Shown piece after piece: positions 11,091 to 24,425 of a stretch of DNA of 64,000 bases (its first letter is position 1; every line of letters begins with the position of its first letter). The DNA comes from Thermodesulfobacteriota bacterium (GTDB taxonomy: Bacteria; Desulfobacterota; Desulfarculia; JACQYL01). The stretch covers positions 1-64,000 of the forward strand of contig CAXXLZ010000003.1 in assembly GCA_963675595.2 (NCBI GenBank). The letters run 5' to 3'. The notes beneath the pieces are model-generated. The model was not told where the DNA came from and did not search any database. It worked only from the letters and a program-made list of their open reading frames with translations. Position numbers and translations under genes: made by a program.

Positions 11091-11768
11091 TCAATCGGGC
11101 GATCCATCGGAATCCGCCTCGCCCGGCTGCCAACGTTCACGGAGCTCTTCAAGATTCCTGCTGTGTGTGAGGATGACCACTTCGTCGTCCTTTTTCAATT
11201 GCGTATTCGACTCGGCCAGACGGAACTCGCCTCCCCGGTAATAGCAGATCACTACGGCTTTGTCGGGAAGTCCCAGGTCGGAAACCGATCCGGAAGATTC
11301 CCCGTCACAGGTGAAAGAGAAGAAGCGGGCTTCCCCCTTGATTACGGTGGACAGCTCCAGCACATCCTGCCCTTCCGCCATATCCGCCAAATAGCGGCTG
11401 ATGGTGCGAGTGGGATTGATGACGTTGGCAAGGCCCAATTCGCGGCAGATGCCTTCGAAATCAGTGTCGTAAACACTGGTGATGACGCGTTTGAATCCCA
11501 AAGATCGTCCCACCAATCCGGCGATGAGGTTGGCTTGATCGCCGCCCGCCAGGCAAAAGAGAATGTCCGTCTGCTCGGGACCGACCTCACGAAGGACGGA
11601 AGGCTTGCTTCCGTCTCCTTCGAGAAAGCCGCAGTCCAATCGGTCGGAGAGTTCCTCCACCCTGTCGTGTTCGCTTTCGATGATGACCACTTCATGGCCG
11701 CGGCTGATCAGCAGTTCGGCCGTTTGAACCGCAATTTCACTCGCGCCGATGAAAACGACTCGCATCAT
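11091..11768 (-). CDS. trkA: TrkA-family potassium uptake NAD-binding subunit
   Basis: RCK N and C domains (RVVFIGA...GDGSKPSVLREVG...D..NLI); coupled to trkH. Confidence 0.85.
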   Translation of the reverse strand: MMRVVFIGASEIAVQTAELLISRGHEVVIIESEHDRVEELSDRLDCGFLEGDGSKPSVLREVGPEQTDILFCLAGGDQANLIAGLVGRSLGFKRVITSVYDTDFEGICRELGLANVINPTRTISRYLADMAEGQDVLELSTVIKGEARFFSFTCDGESSGSVSDLGLPDKAVVICYYRGGEFRLAESNTQLKKDDEVVILTHSRNLEELRERWQPGEADSDGSPD

Positions 11769-12336
11769 GTTTGACTCCTTCGACCAAACCAGGTGCTTGG
11801 AAACAGGAGCACCAGGAAGGCCGTGATTTCCAGGCGTCCCATCAGCATGTCCGTGATGAGGACTCCTTTGAGCATGGAGGGAAGCAGGTCGATATCGATA
11901 CGGCCGGACAGCCCGGAATTGGACGTCGCGGACACGACCTCGAACAGACTCTCGAATGCATCATATCCCGAGAGCAAAAAAAGAAACCAGGAGACCGCAA
12001 CGACGATCAGGTAGAGGGAAATCAATGCAAAGGCGTCGCGAATCTCACCTTCTTCAAGTTTTCGGCGGCCCAGACGGGGCGCAATGAACGCTCCTTTGGG
12101 CAGACACGTGCGCACGATCAGGAGATGAATCACCCGGAACAGAACCAGGAGCCTGAATATCTTGAATCCGCCCGCTGTGGAGCCTATCCCCCCACCCACG
12201 GCCATGCCGATTATGAGGACCAGTCTGGAGGAGGAATCCAGCGTGGAGAGGTCCAGGGTCGAGAATCCGGTTGTACTGAGCGCCGAAAAGGCGTTCAGCA
12301 CGGCGTGGTATACGGATTGCGTCCAGGTGAATGCTT

Positions 12337-14360
<2,024 letters not shown>

Positions 14361-15541
14361 CATGACGATGCAGATTGAAGGAGATGACCGCGGACATGAA
14401 GGCGCCGAAGACAAGTATGGCCCGCGCCTGGAGAAAGCCGGCGGTGTGCCGCCACCGGCCTTGGATTAGGCGACGAAAGAAGAGCAGAGGGATGGCCCCC
14501 GCCGTACTGAACACGATGACGATCACACCCGCCGGTCCCACTCCGAACTCCGTCAGGCTGTGGTCATGCGGGGAAAATCCGCCGGTGGACACGGCGGAGA
14601 GGCCGTATTGCAGCGCCGGGAAGAACTCCAATCCGGACAACAGAAGGCAGACCACACAAACGGCCGTCAACAGGCTGTAAACGGAGAGCACGCCGCGGGC
14701 GAAGCTCTTGGTGCCCGCCAGCAGGTCATCCGCGCCTCCTTCGTCCACTGCGAGGTCCTTTGCCGCCATGCCGGGCTGAAACACCAGCGCCAGAGAAAAC
14801 ACCATGATGCCCAGCCCCCCGTACCACTGCATCCAGGCGCGCGCGAAAATAAAGGTGACCGGCATGTCCTCGACGGAGGTCAACGTGGACGAGCCGGTGG
14901 TGGTAACTCCTGAAACGCCTTCAAACAGTGCATCCAGGAAGGACAGCCCGGCCCCGGTCATGGGGTAGGTCATGACCAACGGTGTGAGGAGGAACATCAG
15001 GGCCGCGATGACCAGGGCTTCGTTGGATTGAATGCGGCGCGGGGCGGGGACTCGAAAGGAACCGGCGCCCAAAAGGGCGAACAGGGCCACAACCGGGAGA
15101 TAGCGGAGAGTGATGAGTGTTTCGGAACAAAGGATGGAGACGACGAGAGGAACCAATGTCATGACCCCGGCAACCAGGCTGAGTTGTCCCAGATACTTGT
15201 AAATCACGGAAAACCGCACCGCCGTTCTCAATTGTTTGGCCTGTCCGGGCAAGTCTCTGAACCTCCTCAGGGAAAATAAGGAACCAACAAAGGAGCGGAA
15301 TGTCGCTTTCTCAATGGTATCCCATTCTTATGGGGCGTGGTGTCCGCCGAATATGAGATCGATACCTGGGGTGGCCGTACAATGATCCGTCTTGCGCCGA
15401 ATCGTGCCTGGCACCCGCTGTGTGTCGCTTTGCGGATGATGACGAACCCGGCCCCCTTCGCAGATCCAACCGGTGGCCGCTCCCTTCCCCATTCATGAGG
15501 GCGATTCCGGATATCTTGGAAACGAAGCGGCGTGCGGCTTC

Positions 15542-16933
15542 CTATCCTTCGCCCTTGACGATGGGGCAGCCGATTGCGGCACAAGCGGCCATGGACCCGA
15601 GACAGTTCTCCACGTGATCGTACCCTTCCATTTTCAGGATGGTCGCCGCCGTAACCGCACGAAGTCCGCTGCCGCAGAACGTCACCACCGGAATATCGCG
15701 GGGCACCCGATCCAGACTCTTCCGCAGGTCTCCCAAATAGATGTGGCCGGCGCCGGGGAGGCCGGCGCCACGGAATTCGCTTTCCGTTCGCACATCCAGA
15801 AGGAAAAACGTCTCGTTTTCGGTAATGCGCCGAACGATCTCGCTCGTGTGGACGGAGGGGATCGTCTCATAGGGTTTTCCCGCCGCCTCCCAGGCGTTGA
15901 GGCCGTTGTCCAGGAATCCGGTCACGTTGTCGTATCCCATCCGTATAAGATAGCTGAAGGCGATTTCCACGTCCTCGTAGCCTTGAACGACCAGAAGAAT
16001 CTTCTTGTCGTAGGGGAGGAACCAGCCCGCGAAAGCCGAGAGCATCTCGATAGGAATGCCGAGGCTGCGGGGGATGAGCGCGCCCCCGACGGCCTCGGGG
16101 CTCCTGACGTCGAGGAGGACTGCTCCGTCTTCGACGTTTTTTTCAAAGGCGGACACGGTCATCGGCTTGGGACTGTGCAATTGATTGACGGATAGGGCCG
16201 ACCCGTCTGAATTGAGCTGCTCCATTCGGCGGAAATAGGGCGGGACGTAGTGCCGTTCCGCCAACTTGGCTTTGACGAATTCCTTTTTGCTCTTCACTTG
16301 GAGAACCGGGTTGGTGAGCCTTTCCATACCGAGCGTGGAGAACTCTCTTTCCGCCATGGAGTCCCCGCACACGGAGCCGGCGCCGTGAGCCGGACAGAGA
16401 ATGGCTTGATCCCCTAACGGGAGTATCTTCCCGAAAATGCTCTCGTAAAGCAGGCCCGCCACTTCCTCCGCCTGATCCGGAAAGAAGTCCGTGCGTCCAA
16501 CGTCGCCGACAAAAAGGGCATCTCCCGTGAAGACCGCCACGGGATGTTCACCAAACCCGCTGTCGCTCACCGCGATGGAGATGCTTTCGAAAGTATGGCC
16601 GGGAGTTTCCAGAACTCTCAGCCGTAAGTCACCGAGTTTGAAGACGTCGCCTTCCTTGGTCGCACGGCCGTATTGAAAATCCGGCGAACGGCCGTGGTAT
16701 ATTTTGGCGCCGGTCATTTCGGCCAATGCCACGGACCCGATGACGTAATCCTCGTTCCGGTGAGTTTCGAAAATATATTCGATATGCGCGCCTTTTCGGT
16801 GAGCCGTTTCCACGTATACCCGGCAATCCCTCCGGGGATCGACGACCGCCGCCCGACTCCCGTGACCAATCAGATATGACAAATGGGACAGACCTTCCGA
16901 TCGGATTTTCTCCAAAAACATACCGCCCGCCAT
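15542..16933 (-). CDS. MBL-fold hydrolase with two rhodanese domains
   Basis: ETHRNEDY, TPGHT, FTGDALFVGDVGRTD, PAHGAGSVCG; rhodanese CGSGLRA. Confidence 0.88.
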   Translation of the reverse strand: MAGGMFLEKIRSEGLSHLSYLIGHGSRAAVVDPRRDCRVYVETAHRKGAHIEYIFETHRNEDYVIGSVALAEMTGAKIYHGRSPDFQYGRATKEGDVFKLGDLRLRVLETPGHTFESISIAVSDSGFGEHPVAVFTGDALFVGDVGRTDFFPDQAEEVAGLLYESIFGKILPLGDQAILCPAHGAGSVCGDSMAEREFSTLGMERLTNPVLQVKSKKEFVKAKLAERHYVPPYFRRMEQLNSDGSALSVNQLHSPKPMTVSAFEKNVEDGAVLLDVRSPEAVGGALIPRSLGIPIEMLSAFAGWFLPYDKKILLVVQGYEDVEIAFSYLIRMGYDNVTGFLDNGLNAWEAAGKPYETIPSVHTSEIVRRITENETFFLLDVRTESEFRGAGLPGAGHIYLGDLRKSLDRVPRDIPVVTFCGSGLRAVTAATILKMEGYDHVENCLGSMAACAAIGCPIVKGEG

Positions 16934-17811
16934 GATCGTGACTCCTCTTTTCATTCGAATCGAACCCTGCTTCACGAATCCGAATTGTTGCGGGTTCTGC
17001 TATCTTCGGGGACTAAGGCCGGTTACCGGACCAGGAACCATAACGACCTTGGATAGGGTCAAATAGTCTTGGAGCAGGATAGGTACTTACTTGATTCTAT
17101 TGAATAGGGTGATCGCTGTATTCTCAGTCCGATCGGAAGGTAAGAAAGCACGCCGGCCGGCGTTTACATGTTGGGACCACCTTAGGGCATCTTTTCAAAC
17201 ATCTACGATGCTATATTGTAGGCCGTCAGACGTGGTGAGCAGTGGGGATAGGAATGGTGTAAGGTATGGTTACATCACCGGAGTATGTTGGAAAGTGAAA
17301 ATGAATGATTGGAAGTAGTTGGTTGTCGTATTTATTGTATGAATATTTTAGATGAATCCCATTTAGTTAATTAAGCGAACGGCAGCTTGATACATACAAG
17401 AATGCTTAGTGTTGTAAGTTGAAATAGTCCTACTATCACTACTGTCCGGTTATAACTAGTTGAAATTAAGGGTTAATTGTTGCTGATGTGAAGATGTTTG
17501 TTTTAGCGTTCCTGGATCAAATAAGCACCATATGTTTCGTCGGTTGAAGAGGTTCAATTGGAGTAGACGGAGTATTTGAGAGAGACTGTTCCCCAAGCGG
17601 GCCAGGAATTTGTAGTAGGCCAGCAGAAGCATGGTGATCAGGGCGATCCAGAGCTGAGTGAGTACGGCGTTTTTAGTAGTCCCGAAGAAGGTTTTGACCT
17701 TAAGGTTCTGTTTGATCCACTTGAAAAACAGCTCTATCTGCCACCGGTCCCGGTAGATATCTGCGATGGTTTTTGATGAAAGTCGAAAGATATTGGTTAG
17801 ATAGACATAAT

Positions 17812-19478
17812 CCTGAATCAGTGAACTAATTTCGCTGTGAGCTGTTTGCACAGTTCTGAGCGCATTTTTTCGGATGATTGCCCCGGTCTGATGGGCGCTC
17901 AAGAACGTATTGATGCCGTCATCATGCCTTCAGCTGCCGATTGTGGCCAAACGAGCAGTTTTTCAGCGGGTCAGGACATGGCTATCCTTTCAAGCCCCAG
18001 TTTCGGCCACGGAACGGGTCATCAGGACCCGGATTATCCGGGAGACAGCCGCGAATGCACATCCACAAACGCCTCATAGGCAGGACAATGGCGACCCAGG
18101 CGCAGGATCAGCCGACGTCCCGTCCTGATGAATCGACCCGCAATCGTCATGAGCTCCTGAATGACGGTGCGGATGCGGCGGCGTTTGGCCGGATGCCGCA
18201 CCGGAGAACGGTCGCCGAGCAGTCCAAACTGACCGATAATACGCAGGATATTGTAGACCATGCCTGCGCACGTCAACACCAGGGCGTTGGTGGCGAACTT
18301 GCCCGACGGCAGCCGTTCCATATCCAGATCGGTCTTGATTTCGCTGTGAAACTGCTCGCTCGTCCCATGCTTCTCGTACAACCGGATGATCCGTTCCTCG
18401 GGCAGAACCAGGTTGGTCCACCATCCTTCCAACGTAACCTCCGGCAGCAACAGCCGTTGCCCGTGCCGATCCACGGTGCGCTCCGTCACCCGCATCACCC
18501 GCATGAATCGCATCTTCTTCCCTTGGACCTCATACGTCTCATGCACCGTCATCACGGCCACCTTCTTGCCCGGTCGCGGCACACTCACTTTGCCTTCGGC
18601 GAAGATTCGGTCCCGCCAAGCCAGAGGGTCCTCTTTCCGGGGATTCCACTTGACCACGAAGAAGACCTTCCTGTGTTGACGGAGCGCCGCCAAGGTCTCC
18701 AACGCGCAGTGGGCGGCATCGAGGCGCACCAAAAGGCTTTTTCCCGTCAACTCCCGCGCCCGTCGAATCACCCGAGCCAAGAAGGGAAGAAATCCTTTCT
18801 GACTATGTTGGCTGCCTTCACGAAGCTCAAGACCGATGCACCAACCTTCTTCGCCAAGGTACGCCGCTATGGGCGCATACCCGTCATAGCCCTGGTAGGT
18901 TCGGGAAACCCCTTCTTTCTTGGTCTCCGAGTTGTCCATGGGAAACACGTCGATATCGAGAGGAACATGTCCCATAGATCCGGCGGTAACCGGCGCCTTC
19001 ACCGCTTTGAGCATCTCGATGGAACTCCCGTTGACGAGTTCCTTAAGCACCGCAGCGTTCTTGTCCAAACGCTGCCGCAAGGTCTCTTTGGACGGCACCT
19101 TCCGGATATCCAACGCCGTTTTGAACCAATCATTGCTCCGCATCCCGGCCACCGCCTCGAAATCGCTTTTGCCGATGCAAAGCAATCCCAGGTAGCTCTT
19201 CAACACATCCGAATGAGACACGCTCGGCATGCCGGGTACGGCCAAATCCGCCTTCCGACACAACTCCGTGTGGTGGTTGATCAAGAGTCCAGCCAGGGAC
19301 AGTCCGGAATGCGCCGTATAGAACTCGGTCTCCGACCTTTCGATGGTAATCTTCCGCATAGCCTTCACCTGTTGAGTGAATCGATAACAGGCAACACTAT
19401 TACAGAAATAACTCATTTTATCAAATAGTTATGTGGGCAACCATGTTAACCTCATAGTTTCCCATTCACGGATTCAGG
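17812..19478 (-). mobile_element. IS1380-family element, 1667 bp
   Basis: IRs CCTGAATCAGTGAA / TTCACGGATTCAGG; 5-bp duplication ATAAT. Confidence 0.92.
18034..19416 (-). CDS. IS1380 transposase
   Basis: PSKETLRQRLD, LDIDVFPMDNS.TKKEGV, LREGSQHSQ, RLDAAH, HGTSEQFHSEIKTDLDMERLPSGKFATN. Confidence 0.92.
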   Translation of the reverse strand: MSYFCNSVACYRFTQQVKAMRKITIERSETEFYTAHSGLSLAGLLINHHTELCRKADLAVPGMPSVSHSDVLKSYLGLLCIGKSDFEAVAGMRSNDWFKTALDIRKVPSKETLRQRLDKNAAVLKELVNGSSIEMLKAVKAPVTAGSMGHVPLDIDVFPMDNSETKKEGVSRTYQGYDGYAPIAAYLGEEGWCIGLELREGSQHSQKGFLPFLARVIRRARELTGKSLLVRLDAAHCALETLAALRQHRKVFFVVKWNPRKEDPLAWRDRIFAEGKVSVPRPGKKVAVMTVHETYEVQGKKMRFMRVMRVTERTVDRHGQRLLLPEVTLEGWWTNLVLPEERIIRLYEKHGTSEQFHSEIKTDLDMERLPSGKFATNALVLTCAGMVYNILRIIGQFGLLGDRSPVRHPAKRRRIRTVIQELMTIAGRFIRTGRRLILRLGRHCPAYEAFVDVHSRLSPG

Positions 19479-20434
19479 ATAATGTTTTTTCGTTTCAGGA
19501 TCCCGATATCCCACCCGTCGCAGTGGGATGGGGCACTCTTTGGCCTTCGTGCCGGTAAGGATAATAGTCTGATCCGAGGTTACTCCTTTGGATTTGAGGA
19601 CCCTATGACGTTTTACGACCTGGTACTTGATGTTCTTTTTCATCCGAGTCACGAAGGAGATATTGTTCTCGTTGAGATCCCGAAACCAGGCGAAATCAAC
19701 GTATGCGCGATCCATGGCCACGATGGAGCCCGAAGGCAGCCGAAGCAACTTGGCTACGGTGAGGTCCGCTTTCTTGGCCTCGGAGACTTGTACGAAAGCG
19801 GGAATGTACCCATCGTGGTCCAAGAGCGTGTGTAGTTTGATGCCGCCCTTGGTGGTCCGAAACTTGGCCCAATCAAAAAGCGACAGGCATAAATCCACCA
19901 CCGATGCGTCCAGGGAGTACAGCTTGTTCTTGAAGCGAAATCGCTTCCTCGGGGCTACGGACGCGCACTTTTTGTACTGATGATGGAAAACGGCTTCGAA
20001 AAATCCGGCGTCACGGCTGCTGTTCGCGTCCGCGAGAGTGGAACGCTTCACCGTACGCGCACCCAAATGATAAAGCCTTCTCGATTGAAACCTGAATTGA
20101 TTCACGATATCCCGAAGGCCACATCTTGTGGTGATTTGAGCAAACATCATCACAACAAACTGTTCCCAGCGGTCAAGCGTTCGATACTTTCGCACAGGCC
20201 GATAACCTTGGTTCTCAATGCGTCGAAAATCATGTCTATCAACCAGTTGAAGCAGCTGAGCGAATATAGTATTAACATGTGCCATGGTCTGATTCTCCTT
20301 TCGCTTCAATTAGTTACAGGCAAAACTAATATAGCACGAAAGGGCTGTTTCAGGCCTATTTTTGTTCGCTTAACCGGACAGTTGTGTCCTACTATAGGTA
20401 CCGATTTGGGGATGGAGGGCGCCGACGATCGTTC

Positions 20435-21436
20435 TCAGGCGTGCTCTCGCAGTACCCGCAACAATTCCGACACGTTGGCTTCAGTGGAATAGTTTCCGGC
20501 CGTTTCGATTCCTCTTTTCACGAGGTTTCGGCGGAGGATCGGGTCTCGAAAGAGACTGAGGGTCGCGTCGGCCATTTGTTCGGGGGAACGCGGGGGCACG
20601 AACAAAGCGAAGTCTTTCCTGGAATCCAAATCCCACAGGGACGGAATTTGCGTCATAATGCAGGGCAGGCCGCAGGCCATGGCTTCCAGAGCGGGCAAGC
20701 CGAATCCTTCGGCTTCAAGGGTGGGAGAAATGGAAACGTGGCAGGTTCGATAGAGTTCCCCCATCTCCAACGGAGGGACGTTCCGGTGATACTCCACCGG
20801 GAAAGAAAAGGCCTCTTCCTCAGGATTCCTGGGCCACTGGGAGACGCGCACCGCTTCGAAGTCCACTCCTCGGTCCCACAAGATGTTCAGGGCTTCCAGG
20901 CCGTGGGTGATGCCCTTGGAGACACATTCGTACAAACCTACCAGAATGATTCTCGGACGCGGCGGGAAACCGTTCCGTCCGGCGGGAAAGAAGAGTTTGT
21001 GGTCGAAGGACTGGCCGATACAGTGAGCTTCCTGATGGAACCGGTCACGAATCAACTCCACGAGGTAGGGGGACACGGTGATCTTGAGCGTGGGGAGCCG
21101 ATAGGCGTCTTCCAGCTCCTGGAGGACGTCGGCGTAGAAGTCGTGGAAGCCCTCATACCCTTGGCAGAAATGAACCACCTTCCCTCGGCCGGATGCCGTA
21201 GCCGGAACCACGGTATTCCATAGAGTGGCGATGATGAAATCGCATGGAGGAATGGTATCGGAATCGAAGACCGGCACTTCAAGGAAGGGAGCTTCCAGAG
21301 GATACCAGTCCGGGCGGGGGCCCTTGGCCAGCAACAGGACTTCCACTCCGCGGCGATGAAGGTCATTGGCCTGTTCCAGGATTACCTTCACCCCTCCCCA
21401 CATTTCCGTGCCTTCCAACAAGTAACATATCCGCAT
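20435..21436 (-). CDS. Glycosyltransferase family 4
   Basis: MRICY...GGVKVI; EGFGLPALEAMACGLP motif. Confidence 0.88.
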   Translation of the reverse strand: MRICYLLEGTEMWGGVKVILEQANDLHRRGVEVLLLAKGPRPDWYPLEAPFLEVPVFDSDTIPPCDFIIATLWNTVVPATASGRGKVVHFCQGYEGFHDFYADVLQELEDAYRLPTLKITVSPYLVELIRDRFHQEAHCIGQSFDHKLFFPAGRNGFPPRPRIILVGLYECVSKGITHGLEALNILWDRGVDFEAVRVSQWPRNPEEEAFSFPVEYHRNVPPLEMGELYRTCHVSISPTLEAEGFGLPALEAMACGLPCIMTQIPSLWDLDSRKDFALFVPPRSPEQMADATLSLFRDPILRRNLVKRGIETAGNYSTEANVSELLRVLREHA

Positions 21437-21710
21437 TCTCGTATCCGTATTTCCGTATCCGTTGGGCGTCGCTGGGGATATTCCGCGCTTATTGTTTTCC
21501 GAACCGTCCGGTCTTCCGGACCGGGCCCCCTTCGTTCGGGGGGCCGCAAAAAAGGGCGCGGGAGACCTGCCGCTTACGGCGGGTTCACCCCGCACCCCAT
21601 GTCCAAATTCGCCGCGATGACCTCGTTACGCCCGGTCGAGAAGTTGAGAGCTCGCCGAACACAAGGAGCGTGAGCGCGCCCCCCTTTGCGGGGACATCGC
21701 CCGCGGCGAC

Positions 21711-22778
21711 CTATTGCAGGGACCTGGGCACCATTCTCATTCCGTCCATGGAGGGACCGCCGGGAACATCGAGGTGTTCCACCACCCACATCAGAGAAGC
21801 GCGTCCGTCGGTGAACACCCGAACCCATCCGGCCCGATGATTGTCCGGATTGACGAATCCCGCGGGGATGTATTCGCTCAAACGGAAGATGTTGACCTGG
21901 TGCGGGACGTCCACACCCGAGGAGATCGCGTTCTCATACTCGTCGAAGACATAAAAGGAAAGGCTGTGGTCCTCGTCGGGATATTCATTCCAGACAATCA
22001 GATATGCTTCGGAATTCTCGGTGCTGGGAATGAAGTACCGAAAGCCGAACTCGAATGAATTGCCCGTGATCGGAGGGATGGGACCGGCTTGTGGAAGCTG
22101 TCCCGTCCGAATCCAATCGTCGATCACGGCGAGAGCATTGGCGGTGAAACGTTCCAGGCCTTCGGAATCGAAAATGTAGTTCTTGGTGACTTCCTCCGCG
22201 GTTTCGGGGTCCGTTTCAATGTATTCGAAACGTTCGATCACCGAAGTCGCGCCTTTCTGTACATGGAGGGCGTTGCACTCGGAGAGCGTACCTTGGGCCA
22301 CATCGATCCGGTAGATGTACCCGAGAAGAACGTTCCCCTGGTTGTTCACGAAGGGATCGGATTCTCCCGGTTCCAACACGGGGTCCTGTACGTCGATGAA
22401 TATTTCGCCGCGATAATAGGACTTGCCGTTTTCTTCCACAACCAGCCTGGAAAGGGCGCCGGAGGGGATCGGTCCCAAGGTCAGATCCCGCACGCCGATC
22501 AATTCCACGTCTCCGGCGGTCATGGTTCGCGTGTCGTTGTACACGTGGGAAGTATCGCGGTCGTAGAGAACGAGATGCAGGTCGATATCCTTGTTGAAGG
22601 TGTTGACGAGCACGATGAGAAAATCGTCCGTGCCGTCCACCTCAATATCGAAAAAAGGTACGATGATTCGGCGTGCCGGGACGTCGTCCGGGACGCCGAA
22701 AAGCTGGGCGCCGCAAGGCACAACGGACGCCGCCAATGAAAAGATGAGCACGGGGATCAGGATGAAAGCTCTACGCAT
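21711..22778 (-). CDS. Secreted beta-rich hypothetical protein
   Basis: Signal peptide, GGAGG SD, acidic and beta-rich; no family assigned. Confidence 0.7.
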   Translation of the reverse strand: MRRAFILIPVLIFSLAASVVPCGAQLFGVPDDVPARRIIVPFFDIEVDGTDDFLIVLVNTFNKDIDLHLVLYDRDTSHVYNDTRTMTAGDVELIGVRDLTLGPIPSGALSRLVVEENGKSYYRGEIFIDVQDPVLEPGESDPFVNNQGNVLLGYIYRIDVAQGTLSECNALHVQKGATSVIERFEYIETDPETAEEVTKNYIFDSEGLERFTANALAVIDDWIRTGQLPQAGPIPPITGNSFEFGFRYFIPSTENSEAYLIVWNEYPDEDHSLSFYVFDEYENAISSGVDVPHQVNIFRLSEYIPAGFVNPDNHRAGWVRVFTDGRASLMWVVEHLDVPGGPSMDGMRMVPRSLQ

Positions 22779-23008
22779 TTGCGCCCTCCATTAAGGGATG
22801 GACTGTTATCCGCCCGGAGCCCCGGCCGATTCACGTTCCGGCGCCGGCGAGCGGTTACGACGATAAGAATTGTTTGAACAATGCCCCGGACATGGGAGCG
22901 GACGAGCGTTGCAGGGAACGCTGATTGAATTCTTTCACAGGGCGGGAGGAATTGTCAAACGAGGGTGACGGGGGACCGTGCATTGGCTCCCCACGTAACG
23001 TCTCGAAA

Positions 23009-23037
23009 TCATGGGAGGGCGTATAGACCTCCCATGA
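23009..23037 (-). terminator. Hairpin downstream of the hydroxyacyl-CoA dehydrogenase gene
   Basis: TCATGGGAGG-N9-CCTCCCATGA. Confidence 0.55.
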
Positions 23038-23056
23038 AGTGAGTCACAGCACAACA

Positions 23057-23917
23057 TTACTTATTATAAGTATACCAACCTTTACCGGTCTTTCTGCCCA
23101 ACCGTCCGGAGCGGATCATGTTTTTCAGGAGGGTGGGGGAGACCCACTTGTTTTCCTTGTTCAATTCCTTTTGAAAATATTCGTTGACGAAATAGCAGAT
23201 GTCGATTCCCGTAAGGTCCATGAGCTCAAACGGCCCCATGGGATAGTTCAGTCCCGCCTTCACGGCCTTGTCGATATCCTCCATGCTCGCCACGCCTTCC
23301 TCGACCATCCGGATGGCCTCAAGCATATGAGGAATCATGATTCGGTTCACAATGAAGCCGGGAGAATCCTTTTGAACCTCCACGGTGATCTTGCCCATTT
23401 TCTGTGCCAGTTCCGTGGTGATCTTTACGGTTTCATCCGAAGTTTCAAGGCCTCGGATCACTTCCACCAGCTTCATGATGGCCGGCGGGTTGAAGAAGTG
23501 CATCCCCACAACCTTATCAGGTCGTTTGACCGACGCGGCGATTTCCGTCAGCGACATGGAGGAGGTATTGGAGGCGAGGATAACCTCGGGTCGGCAGAGC
23601 TCATCCAGTTCTTTGAACACACTCTGCTTGACGGCCATGTCCTCAAGCACGGCTTCGACGATAAAATCCACGTCCGCCATTTCCTTCATGTCGGTCACGC
23701 CTTTGATGCGCCCGAAGACGGCGGATTTCTCGTCTTGAGACATCTTGCCTTTTTCAACACTCTTGGAGAGAAAGCCCTCGATCTGCTGAAGGCCTCTTTG
23801 AACAAACCCGTCCTCCACGTCCCGCATAATTACGTCCAGCCCTATGCGGGCGGAGACGAGTGCGATGCCGTGGCCCATGGTACCGGCACCCAGTATTCCG
23901 ATCTTTTTGATTTCCAT
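23057..23917 (-). CDS. hbd: 3-hydroxybutyryl-CoA / 3-hydroxyacyl-CoA dehydrogenase
   Basis: GAGTMGHGIA, EAVLED, ASNTSS, GMHFFNP, PGFIVNR, YPMGPFEL.D..G.D, GRKTGKG. Confidence 0.9.
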   Translation of the reverse strand: MEIKKIGILGAGTMGHGIALVSARIGLDVIMRDVEDGFVQRGLQQIEGFLSKSVEKGKMSQDEKSAVFGRIKGVTDMKEMADVDFIVEAVLEDMAVKQSVFKELDELCRPEVILASNTSSMSLTEIAASVKRPDKVVGMHFFNPPAIMKLVEVIRGLETSDETVKITTELAQKMGKITVEVQKDSPGFIVNRIMIPHMLEAIRMVEEGVASMEDIDKAVKAGLNYPMGPFELMDLTGIDICYFVNEYFQKELNKENKWVSPTLLKNMIRSGRLGRKTGKGWYTYNK

Positions 23918-23948
23918 GTGAACACTCCTTCCTTGGTTTTCTGGAGGT

Positions 23949-24425
23949 TTATCGGATCGTGCGTTGAGATTTCATTTGGAAGTAATCATCCAATATACGC
24001 CGATGGTCAAAGGCGAGCTGAACGGGAAGTCGGTCCGGCCTGAAGGCTCGGGCTTCCCCGGCATCGTCTCCTCCCACGGGCGTTCCTTTGGCTTTGGCGG
24101 CGAACACCACCGAAATAGTATGTTGTCTCGGATCACGATGAGGGTCGGAGTAGACCCCTACGATTTTGCCCAACTTCACGCTGAGCCCGGTCTCTTCCGC
24201 AGCCTCCCGAACGGCGGCCTGTTCGACGGTTTCCCCGTAGTCCACGAATCCTCCGGGAAGGGCCCAACCAAGAGGCGGATTTTTCCGGAGGATAAGAACG
24301 ATGCTTCCGTCTTCGAGTTCGATGACCGTATCCACCGTGGGGACCGGGTTTCTGTAAAGGCGGGCGGGTTGACCGCAATGAGGGCAGGGGGAGGCGGACG
24401 GTCCGGCGGACGGATCAGGACACAT
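23949..24425 (-). CDS. NUDIX hydrolase
   Basis: Nudix box [24 protein letters not shown]; CPHC N-terminus. Confidence 0.9.
   Translation of the reverse strand: MCPDPSAGPSASPCPHCGQPARLYRNPVPTVDTVIELEDGSIVLILRKNPPLGWALPGGFVDYGETVEQAAVREAAEETGLSVKLGKIVGVYSDPHRDPRQHTISVVFAAKAKGTPVGGDDAGEARAFRPDRLPVQLAFDHRRILDDYFQMKSQRTIR

Larger units (their letters stand above)
17456..20309 (-). pseudogene. IS4 transposase (DUF4372 + DDE), interrupted
   Basis: N part ends ...YRDPETKKHY and resumes VYLTNIFRLSSKTIADIYRDRWQIELFFKWIKQNL (YREK motif). Confidence 0.9.
17437..20386 (-). mobile_element. IS4-family element, transposase split by a nested IS1380
   Basis: IRs CACTACTGTCCGGTTA / TAACCGGACAGTTGTG; 9-bp duplication TCCTACTAT (17428-17436 and 20387-20395). 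Confidence 0.92.
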
